From Chiloscyllium plagiosum (lineage: Eukaryota): a stretch of DNA of 64,000 nt. The stretch is taken from the NCBI RefSeq assembly GCF_004010195.1, contig NC_057719.1, positions 57,639,023 to 57,703,022 of the forward strand, given 5' to 3'. The notes below the pieces were generated by a model. That model was given only the letters and a program-made list of their open reading frames with translations. It did no database searches and had not been told where the DNA came from. Made by a program: the position numbers and the translations under genes. Numbering within the stretch: position 1 is the first letter of the stretch; each line of letters begins with the position of its first letter. Below are positions 49,134-61,260 of the stretch, one piece after another.

Positions 49134-49466
49134 TTGCAATGCTGCAACTATCCTTGTAATGGTGTGACTATCCTTGTAATGCTGCAACTATCCTTGCAAT
49201 GCGACAACTATCCTTGTAATGCTGTGACTATCGTTACAATGCTGTGACTATCCTTGTACTGCTGAAACTATCCTTGCAATGCTGCAACTATCCTTGCACT
49301 GCTGCAACTATCCTTGCAATGCTGCAACTATCCTTGCAATGCTGTTACTATTGTTACAATGCTGCAACTATCCTTGTAATGCTGTGACTATCGTTACAAT
49401 GCTGCAACTATCCTTGCACTGCTGCAACTATCCTTGTAATGCTGCGACTATCCTTGTAATGCTGCA
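49134..49466. repeat. 20-bp tandem array, right part (~17 units)
   Basis: Same unit, resuming in register after the TSD. Confidence 0.97.
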
Positions 49467-50134
49467 GCAAGAACGTCATGCTTGAGGACACAAAATCAGC
49501 TCATGGATTGGACTAGGATGCATTTCTGGATCCCTGTTTACCGTCATAAGGCTCATTCAGTCTGAGCCTACCTGATGCTCACAACATCCCTGCCATGCAT
49601 TGCCTTGCCTTGTGTTTTTGTGCTTTGACTTCATGCCATGTCATTTAGTAGAAATTCAAAGCAGGAAACCTGTCATGGTTGACAGCAGGCTTCAGAAGTC
49701 AAGGGGGATAGCCTTTGATAGTTGTTCCAGATACAGTAAGTCAAGGGCAGCCTCTGATACTAATCCAAGCCTTGATATAGGCTGTCATAATTAGAATTCT
49801 CTCTGCATTGATGGACAGCCAGCACATTTCTTGAGTCTTTCTGCCCTTTTCTGGGCTGTTTTCTTCCTAGAATAAGACAGGAAGGTAGCCCAGACGATAA
49901 AAGTGGATGACACAACTGTTATTTATTGTACAGAAAGACAAGTAGCTGCAGCAAATGAGCAGGCAGTGCAGAGGGCATACAGGTCTGGGATTGCAGTGGG
50001 TGACAGCAAAGGAATATTGCAGGCAATAGTGAGAGTCCTGGTGGATGAGTCTTGTTGAGTTGTAGGTACAGTAGGAGAGACTTAATGAATATGAAGTCTT
50101 GGTAGAAGATGGTGGCAGTTAATCTGGCAGAGTG

Positions 50135-50330
50135 AAGGACATTGACCTTCTTCCCACATTGCTGTTCATTTCTCCATATGGCTGAGACAGCTTTGACCTG
50201 GGTGGCAAACGCAAACCATGATGCCATGCTCTGGTGCCCCTCAGAGAGCAGGAAATCCTGCATCAGCATTGTGCCATCCAACAGGACCTCTTGCGGCAAA
50301 GCAAAATGTCAATTTCCCCCTGTCTGTCAA
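50135..50330 (-). mobile_element. Degenerate Myb/SANT-like remnant, probably PIF/Harbinger transposon
   Basis: ASWFAFATQVKAVSAIWRNEQQCGKKVNVL fits the W..vA..V.avs...R...QC.KK.N.L pattern. Confidence 0.45.
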
Positions 50331-50779
50331 GTCCAGAGCAAATGTCAGCAATCACATAGGGCAACACTGGGTTGACAGTGTTTGCCTGGTTGCTCCACAG
50401 GCTTTCAAAGATGGTGCAGATGCACATCTCTATGACTCTATGTGTTGTGGTGGTAAACCCTTGACGTACCTCGGACTTAGCCAAACAAGATGTAAGATTC
50501 AGCTCACTGGATTTGAAAGCAGGCAAAGACATAACCTATCTGGTGCAATCTTTGACCTGTCACCTCTCTAAAAGTCTGATTGCAGGTTCACCCGAATCAC
50601 AGAATTGTTACAGTGTGGAAGGAACCCATTCAGCTCATTGTTCTAATGAGCATTATGACTTAGTGTCATTCTCATGCTTTTTCCCAATAAACCCGCATTT
50701 ACTTCTATTCAAATAAACATCTAATACCCTCTTCAATGCCTCAAATTAATCTGTTTGATGAAACTGTTTGAGCAGTACA

Positions 50780-51620
50780 AAAAAAAATTGCTTATACATT
50801 TGACAAAGGTGACCTATTTGGGCCATACTGTGTGACAAGGCTAAGTAGCACCTAGAAAAGCAAAAGTACAAGCTGTTTTGAACTTTTCCAGTATCTTAAA
50901 GAAAATTTGTATTTTTGCATTATGTTGACATGAGTAAATTCTATTGTAATTTTGTTCTGAACTCCTGCACTGTTGTTACACCTTTAACAAACTTGTTGAA
51001 AGAAAAACAAAAAAAACTTGAATGAACACAACAGTGTCAAATTGTCTTTGAAAATTTGGATGTTGTACTGACAACAGCATCAGTTTTAGAAGATCAAATT
51101 ATGCAAAGTCATTCAAACTGACTGTGGATGCCAGTGACATTAGTGTGGGGTTCTGCTTTGCTTCAGGATAGTATGAGATGGCCTGTGAGCTAATTTTCAA
51201 AGAAACTGATTGCATAACAGCAAAAATATTCAACTGTTGAAAAATACACTGAGTCCTGTGCTGGCTCTACATCATTTTGAAATATACATTAGCAGCAATG
51301 TGGAAGAAAGTGTTATTTATATGAACTACAATCCTATGATTTTCCTACAAAAGTGTCAGGACAAGACCTTATAATCATTTCAATAGAACTTAAATCTGAA
51401 ATTTGAAAATCATGTGTCTGGAAAAGAAAATGTTATCATGGATGTTTTACTGGGAGTGCACATGATAGAGACTATGTGATGTGGAAAAGAATTATTGCAG
51501 TGTAACTCAGCATATAATTAATGTTAACATGTATATATTATTAGAATGTCATAGAATTAGTGGTAAGATAATAATGGAAATGCCTCTTTAAGGTACGTTT
51601 TTATTCTTCTTTAGGGGAAA
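50780..51620 (+). mobile_element. Decayed Ty3/gypsy RT-RNase H fragment
   Basis: VTYLGHTV, FKLTVDASDISVG, QQKYSTVEK, HV.GKENVI motifs; similar to 30960-31580. Confidence 0.7.
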
Positions 51621-51769
51621 GCGTAATGTAAACTGTGTGATTTATGTCTTTTTAAATATAATTTCATTAATAAACTTCTGTTTGTTTTGATATGCAAACA
51701 GTCTGGGTGGAACAAAAAAGCAATAAGGAGTGGAAAACAATAGTTGGCGTTGTTTAGAGACCCCCAAAC

Positions 51770-52100
51770 AATAGAATCATAGAGTGATAGAGATGTACAG
51801 CATGGAAACAGACCCTTCAGTCCAACTTGTCCATGCTGACCAGATGTACTAAATTAATCTAGTCCCATTTGCCGGCACTTGGCCCATATCCCTCTAAACT
51901 CTTCCTATTCATATACCCATCCACATGCCTTTTAACTGTTGTAATTGTATCGGCCTCCACCACTTCTTACAGCAGCTTATTCCACATATGCAGCACTGTC
52001 TGCATGAAAATTACCCTTTAGGTCCCTTTTAAATCTTTCCCCTCTCATCCTAAACTTATGCCCTCTAGTTCTGGACTCCACCATCCCAGGGAAAAGACTT
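51770..52100 (-). mobile_element. CR1 LINE 3' end
   Basis: Reverse complement of 27810-28120-type sequence. Confidence 0.85.
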
Positions 52101-52139
52101 AGTGGTTATGTAGGAGATGGCACAAACAGGAAATTTGAG

Positions 52140-53230
52140 ATGAATGCAACAAGAGTACTGCCATAATCATGGGTGATTATACCTTACATATAGACTGGGC
52201 AAACCACATTAGTGATAACACTGTCATGGAGTAATTCCTGAGTGAATACATGTGTGATTTTTAGACCAGTAAATTGAGGAACTATTTATGGAATAGGCTA
52301 TCCTAGATATGGTATTATGCAATGAGAAATGATCAATTTATTATTTTGTTCAGAGAGGATCTTTAGGAAAACGTGACCACAGAATGACAGAATTCCTGAT
52401 GGGGATATAAAGTCAAGAAGTCCAATCTAAAACTGGGGATCTAAATCTAAATAAACTACAAATGTATGAGGCATGCATTGGCTACAATAGACTTAATTAA
52501 AAGACATGACACTGGATGAGCAACTGTTAATATTTAAGGAATGAATGCATATTTTACCAGACGGGTCCTGGGATGTCAGGTTTGTTGTTATGAAGAGAGA
52601 CTAAGTCAACTTGACCTGTTTTCACTGGAGTTTGAGGAGGTCTCATTGAAACGTATAAAATTCTGACGGGGTAGAGAGACTGTGGCTGCAGGAATGATGT
52701 ATTCCCTAGCAGGAAAGTCGAGAACAAAGGGTCACTGTCTTAAGAGATGTGGTAGGCCATTTTGAAGTGGGATAAAGAAAAGTGTCTCCACTCAGAGAGT
52801 GGTGAGCCTGTCGAGTAATGTACCATAAAAGGCTGTGGAGATGAAGTTACTGAATATATCTAAGAAAGAAATAGATTGTTAGAAGCTAAAGTCATCTAGC
52901 GATATGGGGTCAGAGTGGGAGTACATCATTGAGATAAAGGATCACTCATAATCATATTGCAGAGGGCTCGATGAGCTAAATAACTTACTCCTGCACTTAT
53001 TTTCTTTATATGTATAATGTCTCAACTTACATGGTCTAAACTTTTTAATGGACCTTTTTTTCCTTTCAACAGTAAAGATTCGACAGAACATAACTGATGA
53101 AAGATGATTAGCGATAAAAAAATTTGGAATTGAGGTTAAAATCAGATTGAACATAATCTTATTGAATTGTAAAGCCAGCTCAAAGGGCTGAGTGGCCTTC
53201 ACTTGTTCCTTGTTCCCTGTTGCCATGTAA
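52140..53230 (+). mobile_element. Decayed CR1 fragments
   Basis: APE remnant (IIMGDY..HIDW, LG..DH) and RT C-terminus/3' UTR pieces. Confidence 0.65.
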
Positions 53231-54004
53231 CTATGATATAGGTTATAATGAAAAGTTTGATTCACTTAAAATTGCTTCACTTGAGTTGCACCTTTCATGA
53301 ATTCAACCACAATTTTACATGACAAATTACTGTATTACAATATTATTTTGATTTTACAAAGCACAGTTGAAGATTATTCAAGGTAAATCATATAAATACA
53401 CTTATAAGCATAATTATTGCAACAGTACATTCTTATTTGAATAGTCAAATCTATTAGAGCATATTTTTAATCTTTTAGTTTTCTGTTTTTATTTAGCAAT
53501 GCGCATGTATTTGCATTATCTCACTCACTAGATCATGACCACATTTTGTTTTTATTCATACTGAAAATACAAAACATGTGTGGGCATGTTCTTCCTCTTT
53601 GAACACAATTTTAGCCCTTTGTTGTGTAGTTATTTTTCCAATTATTTTTCAGGGAAACTTCCATTGAATTTTTCATTGAGTATTTAAGTAGTGCACAAGA
53701 GAGACACATTTTATCCAAAGTTTTCATCTTGCACTCATCAGAACATTCACAATGTGGGATCAGTATTTTATTCTGTAAGAGAAGATAGTTCTGAACGGTT
53801 GGCAAATTGATTCTGATAGGCAGAGGCATTGCCATGGGGAATGCACTCATTAGATGATGATTGACAGTTAGTTTAAATTTGGACAAGACATTACCTTGAG
53901 TAATGAATTAGAGAATGGCTGTTACGCCAACTTTGTTAAAATAAAATAGTGCAATATGTTTACATTTTGTTCCTGTCTGCAGTGAACAGGCTCCTGTCTA
54001 TTAA

Positions 54005-54457
54005 TGAGTTTCAAGAAGATTGGTAGCTCAGGTTGAAGTTCTGGATGTAAGTTTGCTCACTGAGCTGGAAGGTTTGTTTTCAGATGTTTTGTCACCATAC
54101 TAGGTAACATTATCAGTGAGCCTCCGGTGAAGCACTGGTGTTAGTGACCCACTTTCTATTTACGTGTTTAGGCTTCCTTGGGTTGGTGATGTCATTTCCT
54201 GTTGTGATGCCATTTCCTGTTCTTTTTCTCAGAGGATGGTAGATGGGGTCCAGATTGATGTGTTTGTTGGAAGAGTTCTGGTTGGAATGCCATGGTTCTA
54301 GGAATTCTCGTGAGTGTCTCTGTTTGGCTTGTCTGAGGATGGAAAATTTCTAGGAATTCTCGTGAGTGTCTCTGTTTGGCTTGTCTGAGGATGGAGAATT
54401 TCTAGGAATTCTCGTGAGTGTCTCTGTTTGGCTTGTCTGAGGATGGAGAATTTCTAG
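54005..54457 (-). mobile_element. Penelope-like 3' fragment with degenerate hammerhead and 3x52-bp tandem at its 5' truncation
   Basis: Homologous to 27328-27518; CTGATAA-TGTTACC-TAGTAT-GGTGAC-AAAA; QAKQRHSREFLE reading in the repeat. Confidence 0.75.
54296..54457. repeat. 52-bp tandem triplication
   Basis: TTCTAGGAATTCTCGTGAGTGTCTCTGTTTGGCTTGTCTGAGGATGGA(A/G)AAT starting at 54296, 54348 and 54400. Confidence 0.95.
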
Positions 54458-57400
54458 AAACATGGCTCAAATTTATGATATCCCTTACTCTTCCATAGCA
54501 ATCTGAGATAGACTAGGCACACTTAAGGATGAAAAGTGGCAGCTAATTAGGCCTGTCTGACTTCATGTGATATTTGTCATAAGATGATCTGGATAGCCAT
54601 TATTATTGTTAACGTCATTATTATCGTTGTAATTATCTAGCCATTTTTAGCAATGTCCACTTTTTATTGGGAAAGCTCCTTCAAATAAACATAGCTGGAA
54701 GGTCCCAAAGCTTTTTGTTTGATAGTCACTGAGGTAAGAATGTTTCTAAGATAAATCAATGAGGAGCTGGTGTGGCAAGTGGGTGGGTAAGGGGTTAGGG
54801 TTTCAGGTGGATGAGTAGGTAGGATACCAGCAAGTGGTTGAGGAGGTATTTTGATAACTAAGTGGGCAGGATGGCAGATAGATTGATGAGAGGCTAGGGT
54901 AGAAGGTAATAGGTTGAGGAGATAACAAAGCAGGTAAATTGTTGAGCGGTAGTGTGGGGTTGTGTAAAATGTATAAAAGTGTCCGATGGTGCATAGGTAT
55001 TGAGAGAGAGTAGTAAATAAGGGGTTTGGAGTTAGGGTAGCAAGAAGGTGGAAAGTTAGATACATGGGCAAGGAGATTCAGGTGGCAGTTTCGTGGATCC
55101 AGTGTTGGGATCAGTGAGAGTGTTGGAGGGGGCAGTATCAATGTGAGTGACTGCGACTCTGTAAGTATATTTAGCTAGGAGTTCGAGCAGGCTTTAATGT
55201 TAATGTTTCTTTCACTTTTCCGGTCTAAATATTAAAGTATGTAAATCAGAGACCTCAAAAGTCTTTCACTCCATCTCAAAGTTCAGGATTTGTTTTTAGG
55301 ATTCCAGATGTTAGGTAATTGTACACCAGATGTTTAATCTTCCTCAGCTAGTACCACACAGTCAGTGTGTCAGAACCTCCAAGGGATCTCAACACATATT
55401 TTTCAGCGTACAGTCAGCCTCTAGTCATCCAGAGACTGAGAGGTCTGAATAGTCAGTTTATAAATAATTATAGGTGTAACATTTTACGCACAGCTATACA
55501 TGCAACTGAAGCATCAAATGTCAGCAATTCAATGAGTCTGCTGTTGTGTGTAAGCCCCTGCCTAGTCCACTATTTTTGCACTTTAAAGATTGCGTGTGTG
55601 TGATTTTACCTAAACTATGCATCAGCCTCATTGAAATATTATTGATGGTCATGAGGAAGCCTGTATTATTCCAATTTCTATGCTTTAAAAGTAAAATGCA
55701 TTTAATTGTATCCTTATGTAAACTGAAGGAGGTTTTTGCTTCTTGGCATTCAGTAGTTATCATTGCAGTTTTAGAGTTTGTGTAAGTCAAAGGGTCACTG
55801 CAGTGTATTTAGGGCTCTGACTTTTGATCTAGTAGAGGTTGCCGAATGGGATAGTAAAAGGGATGACATAGCTGTTAGAAGACACTAAATATATATATAT
55901 ATATAGTCTAAATATGCTATCCAACCCATTACATAGGTTTGATTACAGCTGCTTGGTTAAAAACAACTTTAAAACTTCACTGTGAACTAATTAAAGAATT
56001 ATGTTGTGCACTGGAAAAAGTTTTGTAAACAAATTCAAAGGGATAGCCTTTGTCAAAGTGACAAAGTGTCAAAGTGAACAAATGTTTTCCAGGAGAGTGC
56101 AGGGGATCTTAATATCAAATAATGCAATACCCAAAGATGCATCTGACAGATGGCTAATATTTTGTTTATGAGGACTATCCACTTCCTCTGTATTTCTTCT
56201 AACATCTTAGCACCAGATTTTTACTTTCCTTAAAGCATAAAGGATGATGGATATAATTTAGACCGTGACCATTTCAGCACCTAACCCACTTAGCAATGAC
56301 ATAGATGAATAGATACTTCAGTGGCTGGTCTGTAACTGCCTATACTTGTACAAGACAATTACGGATGATTTTCAGGCAGCAGCCACAATATGTGTGTTTC
56401 ATGTCAGACTTCTCTGTCAAGCCTGTTTGAAGATGAACATCTGGGAGCACAGTTTCTCAGACATCAAAAATATTCTCTTCAATTTTAACAAATGATACCC
56501 CACAGCAGCTCAGGACATAAGCGGATTTCAGGCACGATTGGCTAAAATAAAGATAGAAAGCAGAGAGTTAGAGAAAAGGATAGTTATTCAGATCAGAGAA
56601 ATGTAGACAGTGATGTTCTATAAGGATTAGCGCTGGAACCATTGTTATTTATAAATTATAATACTGAATTAAACTGAATACCAACATTTACCAGTTATAC
56701 TAAACTTTAGGATGTAACTAACTCAGAGGAAGATATACAACAAAAGAAATCCATAAAACAAAAAATCAGTTTGAACAGTTAGGTTTAAATGCATGTATTA
56801 ACATACATGAGATTTGGTTAAAATAGCCAGAAATATTTACAAAGTAGAGAATATTTTTTAAAATACTGAATGAGGTAGGGAGCTATGGATCTAGAAAGAC
56901 AAGTAAACAAATTGTTTACAGCAGCTTGGAACAAAGCAAATAAAACGTCTCACCCAGCACTGGGATTTATTTCTAGAGATATTGAAATCATAGGTTACAT
57001 ATGTAAAAGCTATTCAGAATCTAAAGTAAGTTACATTAAAGTTGGTTAGCACCTTTGTCAGGCTTAGTTCAAGTATTATGGATCATTCTTGTGCTGGATT
57101 TTCACTACTCCATCTGTTTCAAGTTGATATTCCTGGCAAAGTTTGCCAGCACAGGTTAAGGGTGCAGATGGCAAACCAGAAAACAGTTCGCTTGCCCTTG
57201 CCTGCTCCAATCAGAGGGTTAAGTATTTCAAATGTTTTGCAATTTTCATGGAGTCAGACCAAGTTGGTGCAGAAGAAATGGTTCATGACTCCTCTGAGAT
57301 GAACTAAGAAGAAAATCTGGTTTGCAGCAGGGAATCAAAGCAAAATCAGACACTCATATTCCCTTTGGAAAACATTCCTCTTCTTACTATCTCACAAAAC

Positions 57401-57904
57401 TGTCAATACAAAATAACCAGTTAAAGTCACATTGAAAGAGCTTTAGCTCTGACCAAATAAACACACAGGTATAGCAAAACCACTTCAAAGAACTGTTATG
57501 TTATTAAAAGGTCATAAAACTGCTAATCAAAAAACAAGCATCTATTCCCTTTGCCACTGTGTAAATAACTCTCGTCCTTGCATGCCCACGCAAATGGCTC
57601 ATTGTTTTAGTCATTCACCTGCTCAACTGAATTTTGGCAATGAGGCCATCTGGCAAAAATGTCAGGCCATCTCATCATTCTGCTTCTGTTGATATAGTTG
57701 TCACACAGAGGGCCCAGCAAGGGAAGTGAAGGTGGAGATATCCAGGCTGCACAGGCCAGGGAGATGCTCCCCATGAAGGGCAGACTATTGGGGGAAAGGG
57801 GATCCATGAAGGTGGTATTTCCAATTTTTCACCTAAGGCCCAAGCCTGCATGCCGACTGTCCCTCCTAGCTTTCACTAACCTCCTGCAGTGGCCATTAAA
57901 TTGT

Positions 57905-60670
57905 GGTTATAGGATCATAAAACCGTAAGATATAGGATTAGAATTAGGCCATTCAGCCCATTGAGTCTGATCTACCATTCCATCATGGCTGATATGTTTC
58001 TCAACCCCATCCTTCTGCCTTCTCTCTGTAACTCTTGATCCCCTTTCTAATCAAGAACTTATCTATCTCTGTCTTAAATGCACTCAATAACTTGGCCTCC
58101 ACAGCCCTCTGTGACATTGAGTTCCACAGAATCATCAATCACTAGCTGAAGAAATTTCTCCTCATCTCAGTTCTAAAGGGTCAGTCTAAGGCTGTGCCCT
58201 CAGGTCCTAGTCTCTCCCATAAGGAGAAACATCTTCTCATGTCCATACTATCCAGGCCTCTTAGTATCCTGCAAGTTTTAATCAGATAACCTTCCTTATC
58301 CTTCTACACTTCATCGAGTACAGATTCCTCCTAAACCGCTCCTCATATAAAAAGCCCTTCATCCCCTGAATCATTCTTGTAAACCTCCTCTGGACCCCCT
58401 CCAATGCAAACACATCCTTCCTTAGATGCGCAGTCCAAAACTGCTCACAATATTTCAAATTCAGTCTGACCAGAGCCTTATACAGCCTCAGCAGTACATC
58501 TCTACTTTTATTTCTCACCCTCTTGAATGAATGGCAACATTTTATTTGCCTTTCTAACTGCCACTGCATGTTAATCTTAAAAGAACCCTGAACTAGGACT
58601 CCCAAGTCCCTTTGCTTTTCAGATTTCCAAAGCCTTTCACCATTTAGAAAATAGTCTACACCTCTATTCTTCCTATTAAAAAGTACAACCACGTCGTATT
58701 TCATCGGCCACTGCTTTGCCCGCTTGCCTTTCATGTCCAAGTCTTCCTGCAGCTTCCCTGCTTTCTCAACACTACCTGTCCCTCCACCCTTTTTCTTGTC
58801 ATCTGCAAATTTAGCAACTATATCATCAGTATCTTTGTCTAGATTCTTAATGTTAACATGAATAGTTGTGGGCCCAGACTGACCCGTGCGAGACTCCACT
58901 AGTGACCAGATGGTATCCTGAGAAAGACCTCTTTATCCCTACTTTCTTCCTTCTGCCAGTCAGCCAATCATCTATCCAAGCCAATACCTTTCCCTAATAG
59001 CATAGGCTCTTACTTTATTTAGCAGCCTCCTTTTTGTTTTCAAAGGCCTTCTTGAAGTCCAAATAGATCACAACCACTTGCTTTCCTTTACCCAAATTGC
59101 TTGTTATCTTCTCAAAGAATTCTAACAGATGTGTCAGACATGGCCTTCCTTTGATGAAGCTATGCTGATTCGGCCCTATCTTACCATACATTTCCAAGCA
59201 CTCCGAAATCTCATCCTTAATAACAGACTTCTAAATCTGACTGAGGTCAGGCTAAACGGCCTATAGTTTCCTATCTTCTGCCTCCCTCCCTACTCAGCAA
59301 GGATGTTACATTAGTCATTTTCCAGTCCTTCCTGACACCAGTGATTACTGAAAGATCAGCTCTGCAATCTCCTCAGCTAGCGCCTTCAGAACTCTGGAGT
59401 GTAACCCACCCAGTTCAAGTATTTTATCTGCTTTGAGACTTTTCAGCTCCACCAGAACCTTCTCCTTATTGATGGCCACTTCATTTGCTTCTGTCCCCTG
59501 ACTCTCTTGAAGTTCTGGTACATTGTTAGTATCTGCCACTTTGAAAACTGATGCAAAGTACTCATTCAGTTCCTCCACCATTTCTTTATTCCCCATTACT
59601 ACTTCTCCAGTCTCACTTTGTAGCGATCCAATGTTTCCTTCACCTCTCTGTTATATTTTCGATATCTTAAAAAAATTCTTGCAATCTTCTCTTATATTAC
59701 TAGCTAGCTTACAAGATTTTTTTTTAGTTATCCTTTGATTTTTTTTAAAGGCTTTCCAATTCTCTGGCTTCCCATTCATCATTGTATGCCTTTATTTTTA
59801 ATTTTTTTAAAAAATTCTTTTGTTTTGATGCTGTCCCTTACTTTCCATGTAATCTATGATTGCCTCATCCTCCCCGTAACATGTTTCTCCATCCTTGGGA
59901 TGAATTTCTGCTGTGCCTCCCAAATTATCCCAAGAAACACCTGCCACTGCTGCCCTACCATCTTCCCTGCTAGGCCCTCCCTCTAACCAACTCTGGCTAG
60001 CTCCTCCCTCATGTTTTTGCAGTTACCTATACTCAATTGTAATACTTTTATGTCTGATTCTCCCTCTCAAACTGTAGGGTGAATTCTGTCATATTGTGGT
60101 TACGTCCCCTTGGGGCTCCTTCAACTTAAGCTCGATAATCAAGTCTGTCTCATTACACATCACTAAATCCAGAATTGCCTGTTCCCTAAGGGACTCTACC
60201 ACAGCTGTTCTAAAAAAACTTCTCGTAGACATTCCACAAATTCCTTTTCTTGAGATCTGTTACCAACCTGATTTTCCCACTCTATCTGCATATCAAAGTC
60301 CCCCATGATTATTGTAATAATGTTTTTCTTATATGCCTTTTCTATATCCTGATTTATTTTCTTTCCCTCATCCTGCTAGGAGGTTTGTACACATTCTATC
60401 ATGCTCCCTTGACCTTTGCACTTCCTCTACCCTACTCTATATCACCTCTTGCTATTGACTTAATTCCATTTTGTACTAGCAAGGCAACTGTGCCCATTGT
60501 GGCCCACTTGCCTGTCTTTTCAGTAGGTTGCATATCCTTGGATATTTAACTCCAAGCTCTGAGCCCCTGCAGCCATGACTCTGTGATGCCTGCAACATCA
60601 TCCCTACCAATTTCAATAGGCACTAAAGTTCATTTATCTTGTTTCATACACTGCATGCACTTAAGCCAAA
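57905..60670 (-). mobile_element. CR1 LINE, decayed APE-RT and 3' UTR
   Basis: MAEELNEYFASVF-like, QHSFIKGRPCLTHLLEFFE, KFADDKK, LYKALVRLNLKYC motifs. Confidence 0.9.
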
Positions 60671-61260
60671 CACTCCCACTTCTTGCAAAGTCCTCCTTAT
60701 TAACATAGAACACTTTTTCTAAAATTGGAAGAGTTTACCCACAAGCCAGTCAGCCAATAGCTTGACATTATCATATTCGGGTAACATTTTAGGCTTCTCA
60801 ATTACCATTTTTGAGCAATATGTGTCTGCTGCCCAATAGAAGTGGCAGTGCAGTGCTATACATTAGAAGATAAACCATCATGCTTTGACATTCTGTAGAG
60901 CATTTCTATCGCTGAAGTGCCTCTATCAACATCCTGAGCTTACCATTGACCATAAACTATACAGTGCTAGCCATATACATACTGAAAGCATGAGGGATTC
61001 TGTAGGAAGGCTGTCTGTTGGATCCCTACCAGCTCAAATACTGACACCTTTGTGGAAATGTTAGCCTTTGAAAGAGTGGGGGCACAATCTGGTGAGCACC
61101 TCAATGAGTCAGCTCTGCAGGTGGCTGAGGAAGTAATGCTTCAGCCCATTGGCATTTGGAGAACTGCCAGAGACCAGGTTTTTGGCAATTTTCAAAATGC
61201 ACAGGCAGCAACAGGAACAGCAGACAGGTATATGGGAGGCACTGGCCTTTGAAATAATTA

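Noticed and set aside
44600..49466. CRISPR-like array
   Set aside because: Units are contiguous with no unique spacers, there are no cas genes, and the context is eukaryotic; it is a simple tandem array.
45573..49485. Cys-rich ORFs (CCNYPCNA repeats) as keratin-associated or metallothionein-like genes
   Set aside because: They are translations of a 20-bp unit (not a multiple of 3) with frequent stops and no splice or promoter support.
54664..55141. Pro/Leu/Thr-rich minus-strand ORFs
   Set aside because: They come from strand-biased low-complexity G/A-rich sequence with no domain.
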